Source: Armatimonadota bacterium (lineage in GTDB: Bacteria; Armatimonadota; Zipacnadia; Zipacnadales; UBA5352). From it: 64,000 nt of DNA. Numbering within the stretch: the stretch's first letter is position 1; each line of letters begins with the position of its first letter. The position numbers and the translations under genes are program-made. The DNA lies in contig JAYENL010000242.1 in assembly GCA_034722055.1 (NCBI GenBank), positions 72,609 through 136,608 on the forward strand. The letters run 5' to 3'. The notes beneath the pieces are model-generated. The model saw only the letters and a program-made list of their open reading frames with translations. It searched no databases and had not been told where the DNA came from. This document shows, piece after piece, positions 20,601-29,379 of this stretch.

Positions 20601-22583
20601 CTTGATCTCCACGAAGTTGTCGGCCAGCTCCAGATCGTAGAGATCGCGCGGATCGTCGATGGACACCAGGTCCAGCAGCAGACAGGACAGAAAGCGCGTC
20701 TGCTCCACGAGGTTGCTTATCTCCACGTGCTCGATGCGGTCCATCGGCGTGTCAACCCACGGACGCGAATCGTCCACGGTCGCGAAGCCCAGCCCGGGAA
20801 TGCCCGCCAGCGTGGCCACCTCATTCGACAGCGCCAGCTTGCCGGCCATGTAGGTCTGCCAGCTCTTGCCCTGAATGGCGTTGATCCCGTCCACCAGACG
20901 CACCGGAACGCCCAGGGCGGTGGCGATGAGGTCGGAGTACTCCCGGGCCTTCTTGCCGATGTCCGAGAACTTCCACTGGATGCTCTCACTGTAGTTGTAG
21001 AAGTAGGCCTTGTAGAAGATGCCGAAGGTGTCGTTGTGGCTGGACAGATCCACCGAGAACCACAGGTATATCTTCTTCTCGGAGAAGTCCAGGGTGTCAA
21101 CGAGGTTCCAGGCCGCCTCCTTCACCCGTGCCAGCATCTGCTTTTTCGTCTCAAGGGGGGCGTCCCGATCCACCTCTCGGGCCTCCCGGAGCACCTCCCG
21201 CGCACGCTCCACGGCCTGGTCGATCTCCGGACCAACCGCCTCGAACTCCCGCACCAGCTCCTGGCGCTCGGCGAGCTCCTCCTCCGTCAGCCGATACTCC
21301 TCCAGCTTGCCGGCGTTGGGGTCATCGTGCTTGGCCGCACGCACCACCTTCCCGAGCTTGTGTGCGCGCTTGGATGCGTAGGTGACGGCCCTGTTGATGC
21401 GCCCCAGCGCGCGCATGCGCTCGTCTGCCAGCTCCTCGGCCGTCTTCTCCTCCTCCAGCCGGTCGGGATCCTCCCAGACGCGGGCAATGGCGTCCTCCAG
21501 CTCAGCACGGGCGTCACCGACGAGGTTGAACATGATCTCCACGCGCCGCTCGCCATGAGCGCCGCGGATGAACTGGCGGAGGAAGTGCTTGGTGCCGGCC
21601 AGGCCTTCGAAGTGCCCGGAGGTGGCCAGGAACACGACCGTGCGCTTGGGGGGCTGATCCACGAAGGCCTCAGCGAGCTGCATCAGCGCCGCAATGGAGC
21701 AGGCATTCTCGGCGCCGGGGGCCTGGTCGGGCGTCACGGCGATGGAGTCGTAGTAGGCCTGGATGACGACGCGCTGGTTGCTCAGCCGCGGGTCCGTACC
21801 CGGGAGGGTGGCCACCACGTTCTCGCCCTCCACCCGCCGCCACTGCATATCACAGGCGATCCTCACCGGCACCTCGTCGCGGGACATCAGCAGGCCCATC
21901 AGGTAGTCGGCGGCCTCGCGGGCGATCCAGTAGCGGGGGATATCCACGGGGATGGAGAGGAACTTCGCCTCCGCCTCCCCACGGATGGTCTCCTCCGGTT
22001 CGATAAAGAGCACCGCCTTGGTCCCCAGCAGTGGCCCGTTGAACCACTCCGTCTGGCAGTTGAAGTCCACCATGGTGATGGAGTCGGTGACCTCCAGCCC
22101 GTTGAAGGCCCGCAGGTTGCCGGGACCGGCGTAGATGAGGTTTCCCTCGATGCCCCCGGTCGGGGTCTGGGGCGGGCGCACCAGGTTGGGCCATATCGGC
22201 AGCATCCCGAAGCTGGTGCCGTCGTCAGCAACGGTGATGGAGGCGTAGCGCCCCTGCTCGTCGGGCTCGGCCATGGGTATGACCAGGGGGAAGCTCTCGA
22301 GGTGCACGTCCTCCAGGCCCAGCGCCCGGAACTGCTCGGCGATCGTCCGGGCGGCCTTCTTGCAGCCGTCGTAGCCGGTCACGCGCGACTGCAGGGCCTC
22401 GAAGTCCGCGATGAGCTGGCGCATGTGCTGCTCATCGACGCCGGAGGCCGCCATCTCGTAGTCGGTATCCGACTCGAGGACGATCTCCTCCTCGTGGCCG
22501 CCCTGCCCCCATACGGGGGCTGCGGCGACGGCAAGCGCCATGATGCATGTCGGCCAGACTATCGCCCTCAGTGGACGAAGCAC
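17625..22583 (-). CDS. 1652-aa fusion: signal peptide, PA/M28-peptidase-like domain, extracytoplasmic region, TM bundle, MacB/FtsX permease
   Basis: SRVTGYDG, ENVVATLPG, VVIQAYYDS...APGAEN, PPKRTVVFLATSGH.EGLAG (M28 fold); SNMRRRKIRTLLT and NTMLGSVYERTNEIHIYSSLGL (FtsX). Confidence 0.85.
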   Translation of the reverse strand: MLRPLRAIVWPTCIMALAVAAAPVWGQGGHEEEIVLESDTDYEMAASGVDEQHMRQLIADFEALQSRVTGYDGCKKAARTIAEQFRALGLEDVHLESFPLVIPMAEPDEQGRYASITVADDGTSFGMLPIWPNLVRPPQTPTGGIEGNLIYAGPGNLRAFNGLEVTDSITMVDFNCQTEWFNGPLLGTKAVLFIEPEETIRGEAEAKFLSIPVDIPRYWIAREAADYLMGLLMSRDEVPVRIACDMQWRRVEGENVVATLPGTDPRLSNQRVVIQAYYDSIAVTPDQAPGAENACSIAALMQLAEAFVDQPPKRTVVFLATSGHFEGLAGTKHFLRQFIRGAHGERRVEIMFNLVGDARAELEDAIARVWEDPDRLEEEKTAEELADERMRALGRINRAVTYASKRAHKLGKVVRAAKHDDPNAGKLEEYRLTEEELAERQELVREFEAVGPEIDQAVERAREVLREAREVDRDAPLETKKQMLARVKEAAWNLVDTLDFSEKKIYLWFSVDLSSHNDTFGIFYKAYFYNYSESIQWKFSDIGKKAREYSDLIATALGVPVRLVDGINAIQGKSWQTYMAGKLALSNEVATLAGIPGLGFATVDDSRPWVDTPMDRIEHVEISNLVEQTRFLSCLLLDLVSIDDPRDLYDLELADNFVEIKGRAVQFNPRESLFPDDPLPGAVAVARTGSKTSMGVRSEIFDIVDEDGRFYLPGLPNSRARGGTITVEAYLLDEEDGRVRMAPDLGVTGAEAYPNKVAMDQEVKPVTVVMFDCKPVAIFDMVDQRFFQLLRELHVYDAQTDAAPYEYGYCLPLPPQQFTSSYEPVAVVFAPSGTKVKITMGASLLGLRFLLINPTELEELGEGYLVDRHPSLHATPYRVAMDMWQLDDNRMAKLSKHGITNARVERAHAEALEYLKLSQQYLRERKYDEFFTAARSAWSYESRAYPDVRKTADDVVKGVLFYLALLMPFGVFAERLFLAAREIKGQILGTVAFFVGIFILIGLVHPAFAITFTPMIILLAFIILALTIIVVGIVVQKFEEQMREMRWEQTGVREADVGRLSASAAAFGLGISNMRRRKIRTLLTCTTLVLLTFTVLSTTSIKQTIRTNRIRLPHTAAYNGIMIREKTWTPIGQPTTRVMRNEFGDEYSVAPRAWYFSSRVGEQSFVNVSRAGDSYSATAMVGLTPEEAMISEPQRALDEGGRWFTEDDTLACIVPQEMAEKLNIQPQDVGNVFVSVFGTRLRVLGIIDSDRFKRIEDLDGEQITPVDYLLMQEQQAQRQSMQAGEDQMSEDELREYIHLTPDAVLIVPYNFVVNAGGTLRSVAIGIPDAESVLTHLENLMSRVELNLYAGVDDQTYLCSAVGTTGVQGASDVLIPVLIAALIVLNTMLGSVYERTNEIHIYSSLGLAPTHIAALFVAEASVYAVLGAVAGYLVGQASAKVLLMTGALGGLYLNYSSLAAVGSTLMIMVTVLLSVIYPARVASNIAMPGIERRWTLPEPVDDVMRMNLPFTVTGDQALGVNVFLLDYLGAHADYSLGNFSTGDLGLDAEEFELGEGFALSVMVWLAPYDLGVSEHLTIETVPTEDAEIFQIRAVIRRESGDEASWIRVTRNFINLLRKQYLLWRTLPSPVKGDFGARGRAILAGEEDLQQTAQ

Positions 22584-22774
22584 GTTTCCCTCACCGCCTC
22601 TGGAGAGATAGGAAGACCCGGCGGCCGAAGCACAGCCCGACAGAGACAGAGCTGGCGCGCGACACTTCGCCGCGCGCCAGCCTTACGCCTGCCCCGCTGC
22701 GCGCAGCGCCGCCGACCGCCCGCTCGGGCGGTAGCATTCCGGCGGCCCGCCGCTGCCGGCCTGCGTCCCAGCGG

Positions 22775-23683
22775 CTACTCGCCGTGCTCCGGCGCCGACT
22801 CGCTACCCAGAGTGCCGACGTCCAGGTCCAGGTCGGCGCGGTTCTCGATGCGCTCCACCTGCCCGTCGCGCACGTGCACGACGCGGTCGGACACGTCAAT
22901 CATCTTCAGGTCGTGCGTCGCCGAGATGAGGGTGACGCCGCTCTCCTGGTTGAGCTCCTTGAGCAGATCGATGATCTCCTTGCCGGTCTGCAGGTCCAGG
23001 TTCCCGGTGGGCTCGTCGGCCAGGATGATGGCCGGGTTGTTGGCCAGCGCCCGCGCCACTGCTACACGCTGCTGCTGTCCCCCGGACAGCTCGTAGGGCT
23101 TGTGGTGCAGGCGCTCGCCCAGACCGACCAGGTCCAGCAGCATAGCGCCGCGATCCATCATGTCGTCGCTGCTCATGCCTGCGAAGATCATGGGCAGCGT
23201 CACGTTCTCCAGCGCCGTCATGACCGGGATGAGGTTGAAGGTCTGGAAGATGTAGCCGATCTTCCGGCAGCGCAGCCACGCCAGCTCAAAGGCGTCGAGC
23301 TGCGCCATGTCAACCTCCTCGATGAAGCACGTGCCCTTGGTGGGCTTGTCCAGCCCGCCCACCATGTTGAACAGGGTGGTCTTTCCCGACCCGGAGGGGC
23401 CCATGATGGAGAGGTACTCCCCCCGGCGCACGTTCAGCTCCACGCCCTTCAGCGCGGGCACCTCCACCTCTCCCATCTGGTAGACCTTGTGGAGGTCCTT
23501 GGTGCGCACGATGAACTCGTGGGTGGTCACCGAGTCGTCGCGCGCCACGTCGCGCAGCCGCTCGCGGCGATGGCCCAGCTCCTCCATGACTTCCCGCAGG
23601 TCAGCGCCGCACTCCGGGCACACAGTGACAAGCCCGGTGGTCTCTATGACATGACCGCATTCGGGGCATTCGATCTCCGCCAT
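22775..23683 (-). CDS. ABC transporter ATP-binding protein (LolD/MacB type) with N-terminal zinc ribbon
   Basis: CPECG...CPECG N-terminus; GPSGSGKTT Walker A, LSGGQQQRVAVARAL, ILADEPTGNLD, ATHD. Confidence 0.92.
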   Translation of the reverse strand: MAEIECPECGHVIETTGLVTVCPECGADLREVMEELGHRRERLRDVARDDSVTTHEFIVRTKDLHKVYQMGEVEVPALKGVELNVRRGEYLSIMGPSGSGKTTLFNMVGGLDKPTKGTCFIEEVDMAQLDAFELAWLRCRKIGYIFQTFNLIPVMTALENVTLPMIFAGMSSDDMMDRGAMLLDLVGLGERLHHKPYELSGGQQQRVAVARALANNPAIILADEPTGNLDLQTGKEIIDLLKELNQESGVTLISATHDLKMIDVSDRVVHVRDGQVERIENRADLDLDVGTLGSESAPEHGE

Positions 23684-23735
23684 TGTCCGCTCTCCTCACT
23701 GCCGGCGGTCGTCGCCGGCCGATGATGAATGGTAT

Positions 23736-24452
23736 TCAGATCTCTGTCTGCAGCGCGGCCGCCGGGCGCATTCGTGCGGCCCGCACCGCCGGCGGCACCG
23801 CCGCCAATAGCGACAGGAAGGTGCCTATGATCACCGCGACGCCGATGTACTCCAGCATCTGGCCCCAATCCATCCACGCCGCCACATCCGACTGCTTGGT
23901 CAGGTAGACCAGCAGCATCACGCCGTGCCCCACAAGGGCACCGGCGATCGAGCCCAACAGCCCCAGCACCGCTGACTCTATCAAAAACAGCCGCACAATG
24001 AACTCGTCCAGCGCCCCCAGGCACTTCATCGTCCCGATCTCACGGAACCGCTCCGTCACCGACATCAGCATGGAGTTGGTGATCCCCACCGCCGAGACCA
24101 GCAGGGACATCACCACCAGCCACGTCTGCCGGGCCGCCCGCGCCTGCTCCTCCAGCTTGGCCTCCTCCGCCCCGGGCGCCAGCTCCGTCTCCTCCTGGGT
24201 GATAGCCCGGGCCCTCTGCGCCTCGGACTGCGCCATCCCGTCCTGGGCCACCTTCGCCGTCCACACCGAGACCAGGAAGGCGATGCCCAACACCACCCCT
24301 GCGCCGGTGATCAGCGCCCGGCCCAGGCGCATGGTGACATTCCGGTAGCTGATGCGCGCAGCCTCGGCCCACGGCAACGATATCTGCCGCTGCACCTCAC
24401 CCCAGTCGCTCTCACCATCGTACATCCTTCTCGCAAGCTCGGGTTTGATCAT
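23736..24452 (-). CDS. Small FtsX-like ABC permease
   Basis: RALITGAGVVLGIAFL TM1, short helical loop, GITNSMLMSVTERFREIGTMKCLGA, PAVRAARMRPAAAL. Start ATG 24452 or 24425. Confidence 0.85.
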   Translation of the reverse strand: MIKPELARRMYDGESDWGEVQRQISLPWAEAARISYRNVTMRLGRALITGAGVVLGIAFLVSVWTAKVAQDGMAQSEAQRARAITQEETELAPGAEEAKLEEQARAARQTWLVVMSLLVSAVGITNSMLMSVTERFREIGTMKCLGALDEFIVRLFLIESAVLGLLGSIAGALVGHGVMLLVYLTKQSDVAAWMDWGQMLEYIGVAVIIGTFLSLLAAVPPAVRAARMRPAAALQTEI

Positions 24453-24730
24453 CGCTGGCCCCGTTCCGTCCTTTCCACGAGGCGGGCCCGGTCTCTCTTG
24501 CGAGGCCCGCGGCGCCATTCGGCGTGAGATGACACGGCTGCTGCCTGCGGCCGAGCGGAACCCGACCGCCGCACGGAGCTGTAGTTTCCCCTGCTCCGCA
24601 GTTATCTCCTCCCCACCATCGAACAATTCCCTCGATGGCCCCGAAGCAGGTGGATGATGCAGAGCCGACCGCTCTCGGTCGTTCGCACCTGCACCCCGCC
24701 CCGTCACTTCGCCGGCTGTTCGCCGAGGCG

Positions 24731-24759
24731 TTGACGTCAGCGGTCCGCGTCGGTACAAT
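24731..24759 (+). promoter_or_regulatory. Sigma70-type promoter for lepB
   Basis: TTGACG-17 nt-TACAAT. Confidence 0.7.
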
Positions 24760-24831
24760 GCCCCCGCTCGTCACGCCCCGGCCCGCTTCACCACTCCGTC
24801 CCGCCACGCGGAGCCGAGCGGAGGATAGACC

Positions 24832-25383
24832 ATGCCCGATGCCGCCAGCTCATCCCCCCGCGGCCGCGCCTGGCGCATCGCCATGCGCGTGATCGTTCCG
24901 GTGGTCTTCGCCGCCGCCCTGTGGTATCTTTTCACCGAGGTGGTGCGCTTCGGCTATGTGGTGAGCTCGTCCATGGAGCCCACACTGCAGGTCGGCGACT
25001 ACTACACCCTCCGCGTGGACGCCTACGACGGCAACAACAGCCCGCAACGCGGCGAAATCGTTGTGTACAGCGGTCCCGATGGGGCGCCCTATGTCAAGCG
25101 CGTCATCGGCCTCGGCGGCGAGATGATCGAGGTCTGGTTCGGACACGTCCTGGTCAATGGTCAGCGCCTGCGAGAACCCTACGTCACTGGCGTCCCTGTG
25201 ATGGAGCCCCCGCGGCGAGCATATGTTCCGCCGGGCACTGTCTTCGTGTTAGGCGACAACCGCGAGATGAGCGAGGACAGCCGCGACTACGGCCCGGTCC
25301 CCGTGGATCGGCTCATGGGACGGGTTACCAAGATCGTCTGGCCGCGCCAGCGCGTCCGCGCCCTCAAACCGACCCAGTACTAA
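24832..25383 (+). CDS. lepB: Signal peptidase I
   Basis: SSSMEPTL (catalytic Ser), YVKRVIG (catalytic Lys), VLGDNREMSEDSRDYG; single N-terminal TM. Confidence 0.93.
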   Translation: MPDAASSSPRGRAWRIAMRVIVPVVFAAALWYLFTEVVRFGYVVSSSMEPTLQVGDYYTLRVDAYDGNNSPQRGEIVVYSGPDGAPYVKRVIGLGGEMIEVWFGHVLVNGQRLREPYVTGVPVMEPPRRAYVPPGTVFVLGDNREMSEDSRDYGPVPVDRLMGRVTKIVWPRQRVRALKPTQY

Positions 25384-25429
25384 TGGCCGCTGTTCCCTAT
25401 GCTTAGCGTAGTGCACCGCTTACCGATTG

Positions 25430-26755
25430 TCAAGCGCCCTCCTCGTCCTCCTGTGTGCCGGCCTCCAGCAGCGCCTCAGCAGCACTCAGACGCCCGCTGA
25501 GCGTCCACCTGAGAGCCTGTCCCAGCCGCTGCCGAACCGGCTTCCACTCCCCCAGCGGCAGGCCCGCAGCGCCTGGAAGCGTCGCCACGTGTCCCGCCCA
25601 CCGCGGGTCGTCCGCGAACTGCCGTCGGTGCCGGCTGATGGCGGGGACACCATAGAGCGCCGCCAGCGTCCGCTGGCACTCCCCTCCGGCTATGAAGCGC
25701 AGAAAGCGACCGGCCACGTGGGGCCGATCGGTGTCCGCGAAGGTCACCAGCCACTCCACCTGCACCTGACCCGAGCCATCCTCCGCCAGCGGCAAGGGCG
25801 CCACCGCCCATGGCAGGGGAGGAGGCGGCTCGGGCTTCTCCTCCGCCTCAGCGGCCGCCGCCAGCCGATCCCGCTCGGCGTCCTTCTCCTCCAGTATCCG
25901 CGCTGCCCACGGGCGTGCAATCAGCAGCCCCAGCCGACCGTCGGCAAACAGCTCCACCAGCTCCGTCTCGCTCCAGGTCAGCACCTCCGGCTGCACAGCG
26001 CCCCGCGACTGCAGGTCCACGAGAAGGTCGATTCCCGGCAGGTAGCGGGCGTCGCCCTCCACATCCTCGGCCGGTCCCTGCGCCCAGGTCAGCGCGTGCA
26101 CCAGCTCCTCACAGCCCCGGCCGGGCGCCGGCACCCCCAAGCCGAAACGCCCCGGAGGGTCCGCCAGCTCGTCGGCACATGTCACCAGCTCGGCGGGCGT
26201 CGCCGGGACCTCCAGCTCCGCCTCCTCCAGCAGGTCCGGACGGTAGTACAGCGCCAGCGTCGAGACCGTCCACGGCACCCCGCGCAGCGCGCCGCCGGCA
26301 CGGTCCACCACTGAGCTCTCGCACTGACGCCGGAGCCTCAGCACCAGGTCCCGGGGCAGCGGCATCAGCTCGTTGCGGTGCTCCCAGGCCCACAGGTCGG
26401 GCAGCACAGTAACGTCCGGAGCGTGGGAGCGGTAGCTGCCCAGCCATCGCCGCACATACTCTCCGGCCAGCTCGGCGTCCTGCCACTCCAGGGCGATGAC
26501 CACATCCGGATTGGCGCGCTGGAAGCTGAAGACAAGCTGCTTGAGGGCCTCCCTCTCGCCGGGCACGTGGGTCCGCCACAGGCACACCTGCAGATTGGTG
26601 CGCGGCTGCTGGCGGCCCTCCCCTTCGGCATCAGCGGGCGGCAACCACGCCACCAGCGCCAGGACACACACAGATGTGGCCGCGACGAGAGCGCCGCGGC
26701 CACGGTGAGACAGCGGAACGCGATCTGCCGTGCGACCTACACCCAATCGGCCCAC
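25430..26755 (-). CDS. Extracellular solute-binding protein (sugar ABC SBP family 1-like); start uncertain
   Basis: F..ANPDV, APDV, GVPW..STLALYYRPDLL, P.T..EL, F.DG.LG, W.VAPLP motifs. Confidence 0.75.
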   Translation of the reverse strand: MGRLGVGRTADRVPLSHRGRGALVAATSVCVLALVAWLPPADAEGEGRQQPRTNLQVCLWRTHVPGEREALKQLVFSFQRANPDVVIALEWQDAELAGEYVRRWLGSYRSHAPDVTVLPDLWAWEHRNELMPLPRDLVLRLRRQCESSVVDRAGGALRGVPWTVSTLALYYRPDLLEEAELEVPATPAELVTCADELADPPGRFGLGVPAPGRGCEELVHALTWAQGPAEDVEGDARYLPGIDLLVDLQSRGAVQPEVLTWSETELVELFADGRLGLLIARPWAARILEEKDAERDRLAAAAEAEEKPEPPPPLPWAVAPLPLAEDGSGQVQVEWLVTFADTDRPHVAGRFLRFIAGGECQRTLAALYGVPAISRHRRQFADDPRWAGHVATLPGAAGLPLGEWKPVRQRLGQALRWTLSGRLSAAEALLEAGTQEDEEGA

Positions 26756-26756
26756 C

Positions 26757-28619
26757 TCACGGCCTGACCTCGCGGATGGTGAGGCCGATGGTGACCTTGA
26801 CCTTCATGGGCTCCTGCTGCTGGGCCTGGCCCATGCCACCCATGCCCGCACCGCCGGGCATGCCAAACATCTCTCCCGGCATGCCGCCCATGCCCATCTC
26901 ACCGGGCATCTGCATCATCCCGGCCTCTCCGGGCATCCCGGGCATCCCGGGCATACCGGGCTGGGCCATTCCGGGCTCCCCCGGCATCATGCCACCCTCC
27001 ATCCCTGGGGGCATCATTGCTCCAGGGCCCATCGGCTCCATGGGCATGCCGCCCAGGCCTGGGCCCATGCCCATCTCACCCATGCCCGCAGCGGCCCGCT
27101 GGACCTCAAAGCTGTGGGTGATGGTGTCCACGACGCGCACCGGACGGTCGAGCTGGTAGGCCCACCAGGTAATGCGCTCGCCAGTGTAGGAGGTGTCCAC
27201 CTCGGCGCTGGCGCCACCGCCCATGCCGCCCATGCCCGGCCCCGCGCCCATGCCGGCGGCCATCTCGTCGCCGAACGCCATACCGCCACCCATCTCAGGC
27301 GGCATGCCGCCCATCATCTCGCCCGGCATGCCACCCATCATCTCACCGGGCATACCGCCGAAGGGCTCGCCGCCGAGAACTCCGCCACCGCCCGCGGCCC
27401 CGCCGCCGGGGATGGTGATGGTGTCATCGTCCACGCTGTAGGTGCTGCGGATGCGCACGGTGGGCTGGTCCGCGACCCACTCGAAGCCCTCAACGGTGTG
27501 CTTGGCGCGGACCGTCCTGGTCTCCAGCTCGTCAAGGGGGCTGCCGGGCCCGGCTGCCGCGCCCATGCCCTCAGCGCCCATGCCCGGCTCTCCGGGCATG
27601 CCCATCATGCCAGCCTCTCCGGGCATGCCGCCGGGGACCATCCCTGGGCCCATGGCTTCGGGCCCCATGCCTCCCGGTTCCATGCCGCCCATAGGTCCCA
27701 TTCCGGGCCCCATTGCTCCCGCCTCGCCCATCCCGCCAGCGGCGCCCGTCACGGTTCCCCTGAGAGGATCGGGGAAGATGGTCATGCTCCCCTCCCAGGA
27801 GTCGCCCACCCGCACCGGGCGGTCGGGAAGCGGCACGAGCATCTCCGCCAGCTCGAAGCGCGGCTCATCATCGTGCTTGAGTTGCATCTCGCCCTCAGCC
27901 AGCGCGAGGTAAGTTGTGTACATCTGGTTGAGACCTCTCGCCTTCAGAGCATCCACGTGCCTCAGGGTCGAAACGTCGCCCGTCCCATACTGGGTGCCCG
28001 CGCGGCCCGCCACCACGTGCAGCACGGCGTGGCCGGCGGCGATGCTGGGGCTCATGACCTTGTTCTTCCAGTTGGCCACCAGGGCCCCATTGTACTCCTT
28101 GGCCAGGGTGTAGACGTCCTCGGCGTCCTCCTCCTCGGGGTCCGGCTTCATGTCCCACCGGCCCTCGGCCCGGTAGTGGACCTCCGCATTGCGGGTGTAC
28201 CACAGCCGCAACGGGACCCGGCTGGGGGCCTCGGAGGCCGCCATGGCGTTCTTGAGGGTCACGGTGATGGAGGCCTCCCCCACCTTCCTGCCGCTGGGGT
28301 TGAGGGCCACCGCGGTGAGGGTGTACTGGCCGTCGGGGTAGAGGTCCTTGCCGTCCTCGTCGCGGTCGCGGGTGTTCCAGACGTAGCTGAACGGGGAGGT
28401 GACAGCGGTCACGAACTCCCCCTCGCCGCCCCGTTCCACCTTGTAGGAGATCCAGCCGTCGTCAGGATTGGGCTTGGTGGCCCGCAGCCTGACCATATCT
28501 CGAACGGTGTCCCCGTCCTCTGGGGTGATAAACCGCACTCCCTGGGCCTGAGCCGTCAGGCACAGGCCCACCAGGATGATGGCAAGCAGGGCAGTCAGGA
28601 CAGGTGTGTGCCGTCGCAT
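26757..28619 (-). CDS. Secreted Ig-like domain protein with three Gly/Met/Pro-rich low-complexity tracts
   Basis: ATG 28619 after purine-rich SD; signal peptide; ITPEDGDTV...PFSYVWNT...DGQYTLTAVA (bacterial Ig-like); GMPGE / GGM repeats. Confidence 0.78.
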   Translation of the reverse strand: MRRHTPVLTALLAIILVGLCLTAQAQGVRFITPEDGDTVRDMVRLRATKPNPDDGWISYKVERGGEGEFVTAVTSPFSYVWNTRDRDEDGKDLYPDGQYTLTAVALNPSGRKVGEASITVTLKNAMAASEAPSRVPLRLWYTRNAEVHYRAEGRWDMKPDPEEEDAEDVYTLAKEYNGALVANWKNKVMSPSIAAGHAVLHVVAGRAGTQYGTGDVSTLRHVDALKARGLNQMYTTYLALAEGEMQLKHDDEPRFELAEMLVPLPDRPVRVGDSWEGSMTIFPDPLRGTVTGAAGGMGEAGAMGPGMGPMGGMEPGGMGPEAMGPGMVPGGMPGEAGMMGMPGEPGMGAEGMGAAAGPGSPLDELETRTVRAKHTVEGFEWVADQPTVRIRSTYSVDDDTITIPGGGAAGGGGVLGGEPFGGMPGEMMGGMPGEMMGGMPPEMGGGMAFGDEMAAGMGAGPGMGGMGGGASAEVDTSYTGERITWWAYQLDRPVRVVDTITHSFEVQRAAAGMGEMGMGPGLGGMPMEPMGPGAMMPPGMEGGMMPGEPGMAQPGMPGMPGMPGEAGMMQMPGEMGMGGMPGEMFGMPGGAGMGGMGQAQQQEPMKVKVTIGLTIREVRP

Positions 28620-28671
28620 CGCCCTTCCCCTTTCAACGACCCGTCGAAGCTCATATGCTCCGCCTCCAGCC

Positions 28672-29184
28672 TCAGGCGGGCGGACCTCCACCCGCCTGGC
28701 CGGCCAGCGCATCGAACACCGGCTTGAGCTGCCGGTAGCTGTCGTCGAGGCTCTGGGGCACCACCCGCGTCTCGGCCACCGCCGTCATGTAGTTCGTGTC
28801 CCCGTTCCACCGCGGCACCACATGCATGTGCAGGTGATCCGAGATTCCGGCCCCGGCCACCTGCCCCAGGTTCATCCCGATATTCAAGCCCTCCCAGTAG
28901 AGGACCTCCTTGAGGGCCCGGGCACATAGCCCGGTGAGCTGCCACAGCTCCGCCGATGTCTCCGGTGACAGCTCCTCGAGCATGGCCACATGCAGGTTGG
29001 GCACGACCATCAGGTGCCCGCTGTTGTACGGGTAACTGTTCAGCAGGACAGCGTTCTGCTCGCCCCGATACAGAACGTGGTTGGCATCGTCGTCGTCCGA
29101 CTCGATCTTATGACAGAAGACGCATCCGGAGGGCCGCTCACCGGTGACATAGCCGATCCGCCACGGTGCCCACATTCTCTCCAA
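28672..29184 (-). CDS. HIT family protein (Ap4A phosphorylase/hydrolase type)
   Basis: WAPWR..Y, CVFC, LNSYPYNSGHLMVVP, GAGISDHLHMHVVPRW.GD; TTG start 8 nt after AAGGAGG. Confidence 0.9.
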   Translation of the reverse strand: MERMWAPWRIGYVTGERPSGCVFCHKIESDDDDANHVLYRGEQNAVLLNSYPYNSGHLMVVPNLHVAMLEELSPETSAELWQLTGLCARALKEVLYWEGLNIGMNLGQVAGAGISDHLHMHVVPRWNGDTNYMTAVAETRVVPQSLDDSYRQLKPVFDALAGQAGGGPPA

Positions 29185-29210
29185 AGGCGATGCCTCCTTT
29201 TCCACCGAGA

Positions 29211-29239
29211 ATTATAGGGCCGCCGACCGCGGATGTCAA
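29211..29239 (-). promoter_or_regulatory. Perfect-consensus sigma70 promoter for HIT and downstream genes
   Basis: TTGACA-17 nt-TATAAT on the minus strand. Confidence 0.85.
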
Positions 29240-29379
29240 CGCATCCGGGAGTCGGGTGCGAATTCCAAGTGTCGGTGGCACGCGCGGGCGAGGGCGCCCC
29301 AGTACCTGTGGGCTGCGAGCGCCCCCGCCCGCAACCGGCAATCTGAGGCTGCATCCGCCGCATCACGCTGCCGGGCTCA

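Noticed and set aside
24453..24730. Structured leader upstream of the small FtsX gene
   Set aside because: A few hairpins are present but match no family I recognise and are within expectation for this GC content.
26800..27760. Repetitive DNA that could be mistaken for a CRISPR array or VNTR
   Set aside because: Repeats are in-frame, degenerate Gly/Met/Pro codons with no constant repeat and unique spacer pattern.
29270..29290. GGTGGCACGCG resembling a T-box upstream of hisS
   Set aside because: Lacks the TGGNACC core and a terminator, and lies upstream of the predicted plus-strand promoter.
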